Below the pieces are notes generated by a model. That model was not told where the DNA came from. It saw nothing but the letters and a program-made list of their open reading frames with translations, and did not search any database. Positions 11,334 to 23,094 of a stretch of 52,173 bases of DNA are shown in pieces. The DNA is from Neovahlkampfia damariscottae (Eukaryota), in the NCBI GenBank assembly GCA_016618085.1, contig JABLTG010000144.1, forward strand, positions 1 through 52,173. Reading direction: 5' to 3'. How positions within the stretch are numbered: the first letter of the stretch is position 1; every line of letters begins with the position of its first letter. The position numbers were made by a program, and so were the translations under genes.

Positions 11334-12794
11334 ATGTTAAAATCCAAATTTAAAACAAAAAGAATACTAAATTATTCAAAAAAAATAAAGAATGAATTTG
11401 ATAATTTCGAAATATATTTAAAACAATTAAGAGAGAGTAAAAAATTATCATTCAAAGAAAATAAAATAATATTAATAAATAAATTTAATAAAAATGAAAG
11501 AAATTATAAATCATTTGAATTATATAATCAAAAATATGAAAATGAAGATGAAAATATTTTAAGATTAAAAAATATGAGTTTTATTTATTTAAACTTATAT
11601 TTAAAAACTAAATGTGAAAAGAGTTTAAATATGTTAATTGAAAATGAATATAAAATATTAAAAAAAGAAGATTTTAATTATTGTTTATTAGATTTTAAAA
11701 ATAGATTAAAATTCATTTTTGAAATTATTTTAAGAAATCAAAGATTCTTATTGACCAATGAATCATTATTATTTATTGAACATTTTATATTCTCCGTTTA
11801 TAATTCAATAATAAAAGAGAATACCATAAGTGGATATAAAAATAGGTTTCATGGGTCTAATGAGTTTAATGGGTCAAATGAGTCCAATCAGTACACTGAG
11901 TCCAATGGATTGATTAGAAAAAATGAAATATTTAAATTTTTATATTATGAATTAAAGAATTCATACTTTTGTGGAAACTTTAAAATTATAAATTTAATTT
12001 CAAAATATTCAATTAATTTATTGAATGAATCCAATAATTTAATAATGTTTAATTATTTATTAAAAGGTAATTTTGAACAATGTGAATATAATTTTGAAAA
12101 ATTAATTATAAATTTAAAAAATGAATTTAATTCATTTGGATCAATAATTTTAAATGATATTAAAATATTAAATTCTATTTTAATTTATCAAACACTTTTA
12201 ATTACATTTAATGCAGATAAAAATAAATTTTATAAACATTTTATTGAATTAATTAAAATAGTGGGAAATAATAATTTATATTTAAAGACCGTACTTTCAA
12301 TATTTTCTAATTTATTTTTAAATTTAAATCAAAAATCAATTAAAATATTTGAATCAATCATTAAATTAAATTTAAATGAAAAGACAGAAATACCAATATT
12401 AATTTCAAATTTATTTTTATCAAAAATATATTTAAAACAAAAGAATTTAAATAAATCAAAATTTCATTTTTCAATAGTAAAAGATTTAATATTAAAGACT
12501 GATCATGAATCATTATTAAATCCATTCATTTTATTTTTAGAAAAATTAATTGGTCAGATAAAATATCAATCTACAATAGATTTAAATGTTGAATTAATAT
12601 TTTTATTATTTAATAATGATTCATTTTTAATTCATGAAATGGACAATGATGATAAAAAGAGATTTATTTTAAAATATTTTGGTGAAGATTCAATTCTTTT
12701 AAAAAATATAACAATGGATGTTCATTTTTTGATTTCAATTATATATATTGTTAATCATTATGATTCATTAAATAATACAAAAAATATAAAATAA
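11334..12794 (+). CDS. Hypothetical protein (N/K/I/L-rich, basic N-terminus)
   Basis: Long intronless ORF (~486 aa from the ATG) in very AT-rich DNA. No family recognised. Confidence 0.6.
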   Translation: MLKSKFKTKRILNYSKKIKNEFDNFEIYLKQLRESKKLSFKENKIILINKFNKNERNYKSFELYNQKYENEDENILRLKNMSFIYLNLYLKTKCEKSLNMLIENEYKILKKEDFNYCLLDFKNRLKFIFEIILRNQRFLLTNESLLFIEHFIFSVYNSIIKENTISGYKNRFHGSNEFNGSNESNQYTESNGLIRKNEIFKFLYYELKNSYFCGNFKIINLISKYSINLLNESNNLIMFNYLLKGNFEQCEYNFEKLIINLKNEFNSFGSIILNDIKILNSILIYQTLLITFNADKNKFYKHFIELIKIVGNNNLYLKTVLSIFSNLFLNLNQKSIKIFESIIKLNLNEKTEIPILISNLFLSKIYLKQKNLNKSKFHFSIVKDLILKTDHESLLNPFILFLEKLIGQIKYQSTIDLNVELIFLLFNNDSFLIHEMDNDDKKRFILKYFGEDSILLKNITMDVHFLISIIYIVNHYDSLNNTKNIK

Positions 12795-12832
12795 AATCTG
12801 TTTCATTTTTATTGGTCAAAATCAAAATACTA

Positions 12833-15064
12833 ATGACAAGAGGAGAGGAAGGAAAAGGTTCTATTGAATTGAGTTTTTCATGTAAAGGACTTGTAAAATT
12901 GGATAAGTTTTCAGAATCTGACCCAAGAATTATAGTAAAAGAACAAGAAGACTTTACTTTGAGATTTAAAGAAATAGGTTTTACAGAAGTATTAAAGAAT
13001 AGTCCAAATCCAAGATTTGTTGAAAAAGTTATTGTACCATAGTAAATGATTATACTTTTTAAAAAAATAAAAAAGTGATTTTTCGAAAGAACAGATATTT
13101 AAGTTTGAAGTGTAAGAAAATAATGTAAGTTTGTCTGACAAAATAAAGATATGATTGGGATAATCCAAAGTCTACAGATGTTTCAGGTCAAGATTTTATT
13201 GGTAGTTTTCAATGTTCTCTTTCTTCAATTGTTGGTTCAAAAAATCATTCAATAACAGGAACTTTATTAAATCCAGATCATCCAAATAGAAAGAATGGTC
13301 AAATTACAATATTATCAGAAGAAGTATATTTAGTTTTAGAACATAGTGAATTTAAACTTGATAAAAATATATCTGATCCAATTCAAGCATTAGAAGACTT
13401 TTTAGATAAAACACCAGAAGTAATATTATTATTTATTCATTTTTATAGTTTTTAGAACAAAATATACAATTAGTTTCAATGAATTGTAAAGCAAGGTAAA
13501 TTAAATTCATTTAATAAAAATAAATAGTAATCTTGAAAAGAAAGGTATTTCAAATATTATAAGAATTTTAATAATTAGATTGGTGGGGATCAAGTGATCC
13601 ATTTTTTGATAGTAATTTTATTTTTAATTATTAATAATTGCAAGTAATAAGAGAACAAAAAAATAATCAAAAAGAAGAAGAACCAAATTTTGATGGTGCA
13701 GCAGTATATCAATCTGAGACTATAAAAAAGAATTTAAATCCAAATTGGGAACCATTTGGAATAAGTGCACAAAAATTATGTAATAATGACTTTGATAGAA
13801 AATTACAATTTTCAGTTTGGGATGATAATGTTGTAAGAAAATTTTATTATTAAACTTTAGTTAAATGAAAAACAATTCATTGGTAAATTTGTTACAAGTT
13901 TAAATGAATTAATGAATGGAAAAAAAGAATATGAATTATTTAATGATAAAAATAAAAAAAGTGGTAATTTTAAATTTGAAATAGTTTCAATTGAAGATGA
14001 TATTGAAAAAATTAAAAATTTAGCATATGAAGAAGCATATGATAGATTACAATTTGAAATTGAAAAACATGATAATATAAAAGAAGGTGGTTATAAAGAA
14101 ATAAAAAGTCAATATTCATTTTTAGATTATATTACAGCTGGATGTCAAATTGATTTAATAATTGCAATTGATTTTACAATTTCAAATGGTTTTCCAGATT
14201 TAAATACATCTTTACATTATATTGATCCAAAAGGAAAAACTCAAAATGAATATATTGAAGCTATTGAAAAAGTAGGTAGAATTTTAGAAGCATATGATCA
14301 TGATAAAAAAATACCTGTTAATATTATTTAAATTAAATATCTTTTTAGTGTTATGGTTTTGGTGGTGTTTATAAAGATAAACCAAATCATTGTTTTCCTT
14401 TAAATAAAAATGAAGATTCACCTGAATGTGATGGTATTGATGGTGTTTTAGAAACTTATAAAAAGGCAATTGTAATTTTAAAATTGATTTTTTTATTATT
14501 TTTTAAATAGAATATATTTCCATTATCTGCTCCAACTAACTTTCAAGATATTATTGCAAAGGGAATTGAATATTCAAAAAAGGAAATATCAAGTTATCAT
14601 ATTTTATTAATTATAACAGGTATGTTTAAATATCATATTAATTATAACAACAGGTATGTATCATCAGATTATTTTAAAAATATCAAGATGGTGAAATATC
14701 AGATTTGAAAAAAACAAAGAGTCAAATTATTAAAGCATGTGAATATCCATTATCTATTGTTATTGTTGGTGTGGGAAATGCTAATTTCTTATCTATGGAA
14801 GAATTAGATGCTGATGATATACCAATTGAAGTGGATGGTAAAGTTGCAGAAAGAGATATTGTTCAATTTGTTTCATTTCAAGATCATAAAAATGATTTAT
14901 CAAGAGAAATTTTGAATGAAATACCTATTCAATTGGTTTCATTTTTTGAATTCAAACAAATTACACCAAAACAATTAAAAGAAAAATATTCAACAAAAAA
15001 TGTTGATTTATTACATGATGGTATCAAGAATGAAGAAAAAGAAGAAAAAATGAATAAAATATGA
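12833..15064 (+). CDS. Copine (C2-C2-vWA)
   Basis: Contains IELSFSCKGLVKLDKFSESDP, SETIKKNLNPNW, SFLDYITAGCQIDLIIAIDFTISNG, SLHY, YDHDKKIPCYGFG, YHILLIITDGEISD, PLSIVIVGVG and RDIVQFV. Many introns and micro-exons. Confidence 0.95.
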
Positions 15065-15119
15065 TTTTTTTAAATCTAAAAAATGTAAAAAATAATTTGA
15101 TTGGATAAAAAAATATAAA

Positions 15120-15571
15120 ATGGAGGAAGAGGATGAATCATTTGTCATGCTAGTAATACTTCAATAATATATTATAACACTATTAGGTTTATAAATTGGA
15201 GAATAAAAATAAAACAATTGATGAAAAATGGCAAGAGTTTTCATTACCTCTACAAGTAAGTTCAATAAAACCTAATCATTTTTATAAAATAGTTATATAA
15301 AGTTGAAAAATGGTGCAAATTAAAGAATTTATACTTCTTAAGAATACTGAATCAAAAAATGAATCAAAAAGAATATAAAGTTGATACCAGTAAATTGAAG
15401 TCAACAAATTTAGAAAATTCAAATTTTTATCTTGTTTGTGGTGAAAATGAGGACAATGATAACGATGAAGAGTTTAGTATTTTATTGAAAACTATCATTT
15501 ATATATTTAATTTGATTTACTTTTATATCAAAAATATTTTAAATTTTTTATTTTCTGAATTTTGGTGGTGA
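15120..15571 (+). CDS. Small hypothetical protein
   Basis: ATG after an ATTGG box. Two canonical introns (~15153-15186, ~15256-15291) give a continuous frame into ORF 15359-15571. Confidence 0.55.
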
Positions 15572-15647
15572 AAGAAAACCGAAACTCATCAACAATTCAA
15601 TTTTCAGAAATTAAAACCAAAACCGTAAAAAACTAAACCCTGAAACT

Positions 15648-17494
15648 CTAAAATTCATAATGTTTTAAAATATATAATTTTGTATTTTCAATTTCTTTTA
15701 ATTTTTTTGATTTTGACCAATTTAATTCTTTCTATTTTCAATAGATTAGATTTTCAATGTTATTACCATCATAATATTTGCAATCTTTTCAATACAATTT
15801 AAAGATTCAAAACCATTTAATTTCATCATATTTGTTCTATAATCCATAAAATCAATAATATTTCTTGTATATTCATTTCTAATTGAATATAATAATTCAG
15901 CTTCTAACTGAGGAAAATGATTGGATATTTTTTCTTTTTTATTTTCGTTCAACATAATATTTACAATTTCATTTGATCTATCACCATAATTCCTTTTTAA
16001 ATATCTTATTGTTTCAATATCTAAAAAGTTATATTTTAATTTTAATTCAGTAAAAATAAAATGATTGAAATTTTGAGATCCATATAATATTTTTGATAAT
16101 ACTCCTGAATTAGTATCATTTTTAATTTCATTTAAAATATTATTTGAAATTGAAAATAATTTAGAAATGGATTGATTTGACACTTATTAATTAGTAATAA
16201 TAATTATATTACCATTCATTAAATTATTTTCATCTTTTAAAATAAATTCATTTTTATTAATCTCAAACCAACATGATAAAACATCAATTCTATCAATTGG
16301 AATATTAAATTCATTTTTAAATTGATTTAAATAATATTTAATATCATTTTCATTTGGTTTAATATTTTGATCATCTAATGAGTTGATAATGGTTTGAGTA
16401 TGGGTATGGGTATGGTTTTGATTTTGGGTTTGATTTTGATTTTGGGTATGGGTTTGAGTTTGAGTTTGAGTTTCATCTTTTGGTGTTATTGATTCAAAAG
16501 ATAATAATGTATTCCTTTCAAATGGAATTAATAAAATATTATCCTTTTTTAATATTGTATTATAATTTGAATAATTAAATGGTAATATAAATTTAATTAA
16601 TTTTTCTTCTTTTAATTTATGTTTTTTAAATTTTGATAAATTTCTAATTCTATCCATTTCTAAAAATGAAGTTGAATTTATAAAATATTTTCCTTTTATT
16701 TTTCTAATAATATTATCATCTTTATCTTTAATTAATACTTCTTTTAATCTTTCATCTTCAATAAACTCTTCAATTTTTTGATGATTTAATGTAACAACAC
16801 CTAAACTAATACATGTCATTAATAATCTAATATTAAATATTCAGAGTAATAATTCAACTTACGATGTATTTAATCTTATTTCATTTGTTTGTGCTTCATA
16901 ATAATAATTAGTACCTTTTAAATGATTGGTTTTTAAAAAAATGAATGATGCTTCTGAAAATGATTTATTCAAAAATCCACTATTTAATTAAATAATATAA
17001 AATGATTACTAATCAAATATTCTTTTTTCTTTTCCACTTAAAATAGAATATAAATTAATAAATAAACTATTTTTATAAAATTCAAATGATGAATAATTTG
17101 GTATAGATATCTTTCTTCCAATAAATAAATGTGGACATAATTTATAAATATTATTTCTTTCTTTTAAATCATTTTTAAAGTTTTGAAATAATTTAAAATT
17201 AAATATATTTTTTAAATAACTTGAAAAATATTTGGTACTTTCACCAATTAATTGATTTCCTCTTCCTATATATTCTTCATTTATAATTAATGCAACTTTT
17301 AAATTTCGAGAAATAGCATCAAGTGCAATAGCTGAAGACTGTAAAGTACCTCCAAAAATAACTACATCAAATTCTTGATCTAATTTATTAAATTGTTCTT
17401 CTCGATTTGGTATTTCATAAGGTTTTATGTATGTTGGTTCATCTTTTTCAACTAAATGTGGTTCCAGTGCATAAAACTTTTTGAATAAAAACAT
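15648..17494 (-). CDS. Divergent mitochondrial FAD glycerol-3-phosphate dehydrogenase (GPD2)-like protein, catalytic motifs degenerate
   Basis: Contains PNREEQFNKLDQEFDVVIFGG...ALDAISRNLKVAL, ERNNIYKLCPHL, LKGTNYYYEAQTNEIR, IDVLSCW, YLKRNYGDRS, FPQLEAELLYSIRNEY and KELNWS. Four introns keep the frame. Confidence 0.75.
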
Positions 17495-17731
17495 TTTTGG
17501 TTGGTCAATTTTTTTATCCAATAAGACTCAATTTAGATGAACAACGATTCTTTGGAAGGTATTTTTTTCGCCTCAAATTTTATAATTTAAAAGAATTTTG
17601 CCTTCAACTTCAACAAATTCGTTCAGAATATGACAAAACTGTATTTTGTTTGTCTTCTTGTAAAAGAAAGGTTGAAGGTCTTCGCATTTCTTCAAAATTA
17701 ACGTTTAGAATTGAAGAAGAATAAAAATAAA

Positions 17732-18649
17732 ATGATTGACGTCATTCAAAATTTAGAAGAGGATATTTCTGAAATTCAGTAATTTAAATTTATTTAAATT
17801 TAGAAAATTTGCTGTTCAACTTGAAAACGAAAATTTTTCTGCAGACATAACCATTTCAATGTTGACAAATGATTTTGAAAAATTCAATAATTTGTGCCCA
17901 AAGACGAAGTGTTGGGATTTATTTGTAAATTTAGATGAAAAAAGGTTTGAAGATTGCTTTATAACAAAGTAAAGGAAAATGTTTGAAAAGGATTTAGAAA
18001 GTTTTGAGATGAATTTCAAAAATATATCTTTAACAGTCAAACAAAAATTTGAAGAAGAAAAGATTCAATTTATGAAAAAAGTAAGAAATGATGCATTTGT
18101 TCACATTCAAAGTTAAAGTCAATTGATCATGAAATACATTCCCTTTCCAAAGAATACACTGACTCAGATGTAGGCGTGTTGATTGAAAAAGTGGAATTTC
18201 AAACTTCTAATGTTGATTCTCTGAAATTAATTATTCAAAGTATTTTAAAGATGATTTAAGTTTTAGATTTGATATTAGAAATTGAAGAAATCAACAAAGA
18301 AAAGTTTGTAGATAACAAATGTACTCCATTTTTTGACATTGTTGAATTTAAAAATAACAAAATGAAACTAAATGGTAACTTTTGAAACTTTAAATCATCA
18401 GATCTTTCTGAAAAAAATATTAAATTGAAAGAAATGAATGAAAAAATGACAAAAAATGAAATACATTTGAAAAATTATCTAAAAGATCTCAGAGAAGGTC
18501 TATCCAAAATAGAAATTTCAATGTAAGCAATTCTGTTCAACTGTAATAATTTAAGTCAAAATGAATCAAATTATTATGTCCCAGTCAAAAAGTATCAATT
18601 TCACACTCACAGAAATTCAAGAAATTCAGAAAAATCATTTAAAAAATAA
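17732..18649 (+). CDS. Hypothetical multi-exon coiled-coil-like protein
   Basis: A series of 25-37 nt GT-AG introns (e.g. 17779-17803, 17969-18001, 18523-18555) joins E/K-rich exons. Stop at 18647-18649. Confidence 0.5.
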
Positions 18650-18682
18650 AGTTTTTTTTATCCAATCATTTTCGTTTCAGTG

Positions 18683-21049
18683 ATGAGTGGGACTGATGAA
18701 GAAGAGTCAAATAAAGAAGATAAACTCAAAGAAATGGCAATTCAAACAAAATGTTTATTCCAAAAAATAAATGTGCTTTATGAGGTAATAGAATCACTCA
18801 AAAAATCGGAATCCTCCAGAGAGTACACAAACACCAAATTAAAAAAAACACAAGACGAAATAGTTTCGATAAAATTAAAGATGAGTGATATTATTGATCT
18901 GGGAAATAACAATGAAGATAGTTTGTCTTCAGAAAAAGGAACATTTTTAATGAAGTCTCCAAGAGAATCGTAAGGAGTGATTATCTTTTTTTTTTTTAAT
19001 TCTTTTTAGAAATAAATTAAATAAATTTGAAACTGTAAGGGAGATCAAAGAAAAAAAGAAAAAAGTAACCACATCACCAAGAGTAATAGAGATCAAGTAA
19101 GTTTAAAAGTACATTAATCATTTTTAGAAATAATTATATTGATAACAAAAATGAAAAAGATATTGAAAATAATAAAATTGAAAAAGAACCTGAGAAAATT
19201 GAAAGAAAGAATATTAAAGAAGAAATAAAATTAGATTATGGAAATAAATCAACACAAGATGATACTTTAGTTAATAAATATCTTTCAGAAACATTAGTAG
19301 AATCATCTACATATAATGATTTTAAATTAAACCATGAAGAAATGATTTTGTTTAAAAAATTTGCAGATAATGAAAAATCAGGTGAAAATTTACAATTTTT
19401 ATTTGATGTTTATAATTTTAAAGAACAAACTAAATTAGTAAGAGTATCTAATGATATTTATAAAATATGGTTTGATTCAATTTATACCGAATATTTTGCA
19501 CCTAATTCACCAAATCCATTAAGTTTAAGAGATAGAGTAATCAAATCAACTGTAGAAAAATATTTGAATAATGATCCAACAGCATTTAATAGAGCAGAAG
19601 CTGATATTTCACATATTGTTAGAGAAATGTTTTTAAGATTTAAATCTAATGATATTTGGATATCTTATTTGAATTCAAAAAAATTTAGAGAAAAAAAATC
19701 AAAATCTATTTATTATTTTCCAAAATCAAATGTACCAAGTATTTTGGAATTACAAAAAAAAGAATCAAATTCTTCTTCTTTTTTTGATAAAATTACAAAA
19801 CAAGAAATGAAATTATTGGATAATAATATTAAACCATCCATCATTGATAAAGTGAATGAAGAAAATCAAAATGAAATGATTAATGTATCATTAAATGATA
19901 AAGAATCAAAAATTAAATTTGAATTATTAAAAAAAGATAAAAATATTGATGATATATTTTATGAAACTATTTTAAATCAAGACTTAAAATTATTCTTATT
20001 TTTAATTTATGAAGAAAAATTGAATATAAATGTTCATTTAAAAAAAGGAAAATCAACAGCAGTAATCATTAAAAACTATTAATATTATTATATCTGATTT
20101 AGATACATGAATGTGTTAAAATAAATAATATTGAAATGGTTGAAATATTAATACATGAAGGTATTAATATAAATTCATTAGATTCTGATTCAAGAACACC
20201 ATTACATTTTTCATCAAAACTTGGATTGGATGATATTTCAATTTTATTATTAGGTAATCATGCAATTGTAAATATAAGGGATAATTATGGATATTCACCT
20301 TTATTTTTAGCATTAAAATCACATCAATTTGATATTGTACCAAATTTGATATTATTTGGTGGAGATATAAATTTTAAGAGAGGTAAGAATTATAATTCTT
20401 ATTCATGAATTTATTAATTATAATAGATAATGGTATGACAATATTACATGAAGCAATGTGTAAATAATATTTATTAATGTTTTTGATAGTGATTGGTGAT
20501 GAAAAAATGATGAATTGGATTTTAAAAAATGGAAAAATAAAATTAAATTTTAAAGATCAAAGTGGATCAACACCATTATTAAAATCAACAACATTATGTT
20601 CACCTGAAATGATTTATAAATTCATTAAAACTCCTGGTGTTGATTTTAAAGCTATTGATTCATATCATAGAAATATATTTCATTTATTATCTACTGATCA
20701 AAGAGTTGATGTATTTAATTATTTTAATAATGAAGATAATGATTCATTATTCTCTATTTTAAATTTAAAAGAGGATATAAATCATTGGACTTGTTTACAT
20801 ATTGCAATACATAAATCAAATCTAAATTTGGTTATTTCTATTCATTCATTATCTTTAAAATGGAATATTGATTTAATTAATTTAAAAGATAAAAAAGATC
20901 AAACACCTCTTCAATTATGTGAGAGATTATTATTAAAGAATGATAATGATTATGATATTGAAAAATTAAAACAATTAGAAGATATTAAAAATTATTTAAT
21001 TGATTTTAAAAAACAAAAATGGAAAATTAAAAATATTTTTAAAAATTAA
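18683..21049 (+). CDS. RGS domain plus ankyrin-repeat protein
   Basis: RGS motifs FKKFADNEKSGENLQFL...IYTEYFAPNSPNPLSL...MFLRFKS. Ankyrin repeats GININSLDSDSRTPLH, YGYSPLFLA and GSTPLL. N-terminal coiled coil. Confidence 0.85.
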
Positions 21050-21149
21050 TTTGTATCATCTATTTGTGGATATATTTTGAGTTTAAGTTGTTGGGTTTGA
21101 GTTTATTAGTTTGAGTTTATTGGTTCATTTTGGTTTGGAAATGTACTTT

Positions 21150-21679
21150 TTAAAATAAAAGAAATATTATCAATATTAAATTAATTGATAAAAATAATGT
21201 TGATGATGAATTACAATCTGTGTGAGTAAATGGATATTTTGGTTCTTTTGCTTCACCACAATCTAATAAATCTTTGTGTGATCCACATTGTTGTTCAAAA
21301 TGATAACAAATCTATTTAATGAGTTTAAATAAAGTATTTACATGAGCACATGGTCTAATTAATTCATTATTATGACATTTAAAAAATAGAGATCGACAAA
21401 GTGCTATGTATTCATATTTTAATCAATTTGAAATTTACCATATTTATATTGTTGGAAACAGGCTTCACTTTTACCAAATAATGTTGATTTTATTTCTCTT
21501 TTATAAGTTAATTCTGCTGTTTCATCTAAAGATTTGGGATAAATAGAATTTGAAACTGTAAAATTTAAAAAAGTGCAAAACCTCAAGTGGTCACTTGAAA
21601 TACATTGTTCCTTCACTTTTGTAGATGAACATAATGTAAAATAAACTATGATCAGAATTGTTGTCAAAGTTTTTATCAT
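21150..21679 (-). CDS. Small secreted cysteine-rich (Frizzled CRD-like) protein with probable GPI signal
   Basis: Signal peptide, then C...LRFC...EAC...ALCRSLFLKC...RPCAHICYHFEQQC...DC...DC. C-terminal NSSS followed by a hydrophobic tail. Two introns. Confidence 0.65.
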
Positions 21680-21835
21680 TTCTTCAAGTTGACGTTTTTT
21701 ATCAGGATTGTTTGAACCAATAAAAATCAATAAATCTATCAAATATAAATTTATTTAAAACTGGAAATATTAAATTTGTTCATTCAAAAAAATATTTTCG
21801 AGGATCAAACTTTCTCGTCCAATCAGAATAATAGA

Positions 21836-23094
21836 ATGTTAAACATCAAACAAATCAAATTGTCAAATATTTCATTTTTTATTTTATTAATTTTAAATTG
21901 TGTATACACACAACATGGTGGTCATGATATGCCTTCAGTGTCTTCATATGAAAATTGTAAAATGGTAAAAGGATTTGCCAAGATGGAATGGACAATTACA
22001 CCAAATAATGTTTCCATGAATATTGAATTTGAACAAGGAGGGTATTCAATAAAATAATATTAATATTCAATTCTAGTTTTGGGTAAATAGAAATGAATGA
22101 TTTAAAATTCAAATTAGATGGAGTGGAATTGGATTTAATAAAAGAGATATTGGAATGAATAATGCATCTATTATAATTGCATCTGGTGATTGTGATATTA
22201 ATGCATGTCAAGTATATGAATATATTGGAAAATCAAATTCAAAACCAATAAATATTGAAAGAAAATTAATTTATGGAAAAGTAAAAACAGAAAAGAATAA
22301 TTTAAATTTAAATTTTATTAAATTAAATGAATTTAAAACTATAAAATTAAAGAATGAAACTATATCTATTTTACTTGCATTGTAAGTATTTCATTTCCCT
22401 CATTCCTTTAAAGTAATAATCAAACTAAGTTAGAAATATTATTTAATTTTTAATTATTTTAGACCTCATGGACCAAATCATCATTTAATGAAACATCAAA
22501 GATCAATATTGTTTAATTTAAATTTATTTTTAAAATCAAAATGTCATCAACATTCAAATCATGATAGTATGTCAATGATGAAAATGTATTTTCATTTTGA
22601 TTTAAAAAATGTATTATTATTACCTTTTTTAAAAACAAATTCTATTTTTGATAATTTATTGGTCAATTTCATTTTATTATTAGTTTCAATTTTAAATCAA
22701 TTCTTCTTTTTTATTGTCAGGTTTAGTTCCCATTTTATTTTAAACATTCTATAGAATGAAACCAAATAATATATTTAAAGTATCAAAAGATGGGAATGTG
22801 CAATCTCATCATCACAATCAAAATGATGAACAAGAAGATCACTATGAAATTGAAAATGAAAATTTGATATCTTTTGATGAAAAAATGAATGATAAATTTC
22901 AAATTTCAAAATATTGGTGGTATTTGATAAAACCTATTGTTTTATTCTTTCAATCTACATTATCTTATTTATTAATGTTAATCATTATGACTTATAACAT
23001 TGGTTTTTTTATTTCAATTGTATTTGGGAATGCATTAGGTTGGGCATTATTTAATATGAGATCAAATATTGAACCTCAACAATGTTGTCAATAA
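21836..23094 (+). CDS. Signal peptide + DOMON domain + Ctr (SLC31) copper transporter fusion
   Basis: DOMON motifs MEWTI, GWSGIGF...IGMNNASIII, and ISILLAF...LMKH. Ctr motifs MSMMKMYFHF, SYLLMLIIMTYN (MxxxM) and GNALG (GxxxG); C-terminal CCQ. Continuous frame via introns 22042-22076, 22083-22117, 22382-22413, 22429-22462 and 22721-22754. Confidence 0.8.

Noticed and set aside
13324..13360. Possible extra intron in the copine linker
   Set aside because: The frame is open through it and no acceptor gives a better product.
4904..17494. Apparent cluster of mitochondrial genes (LYR-methyltransferase, AAC, aconitase, GPD2-like)
   Set aside because: They are interleaved with unrelated genes and there is no evidence beyond chance.
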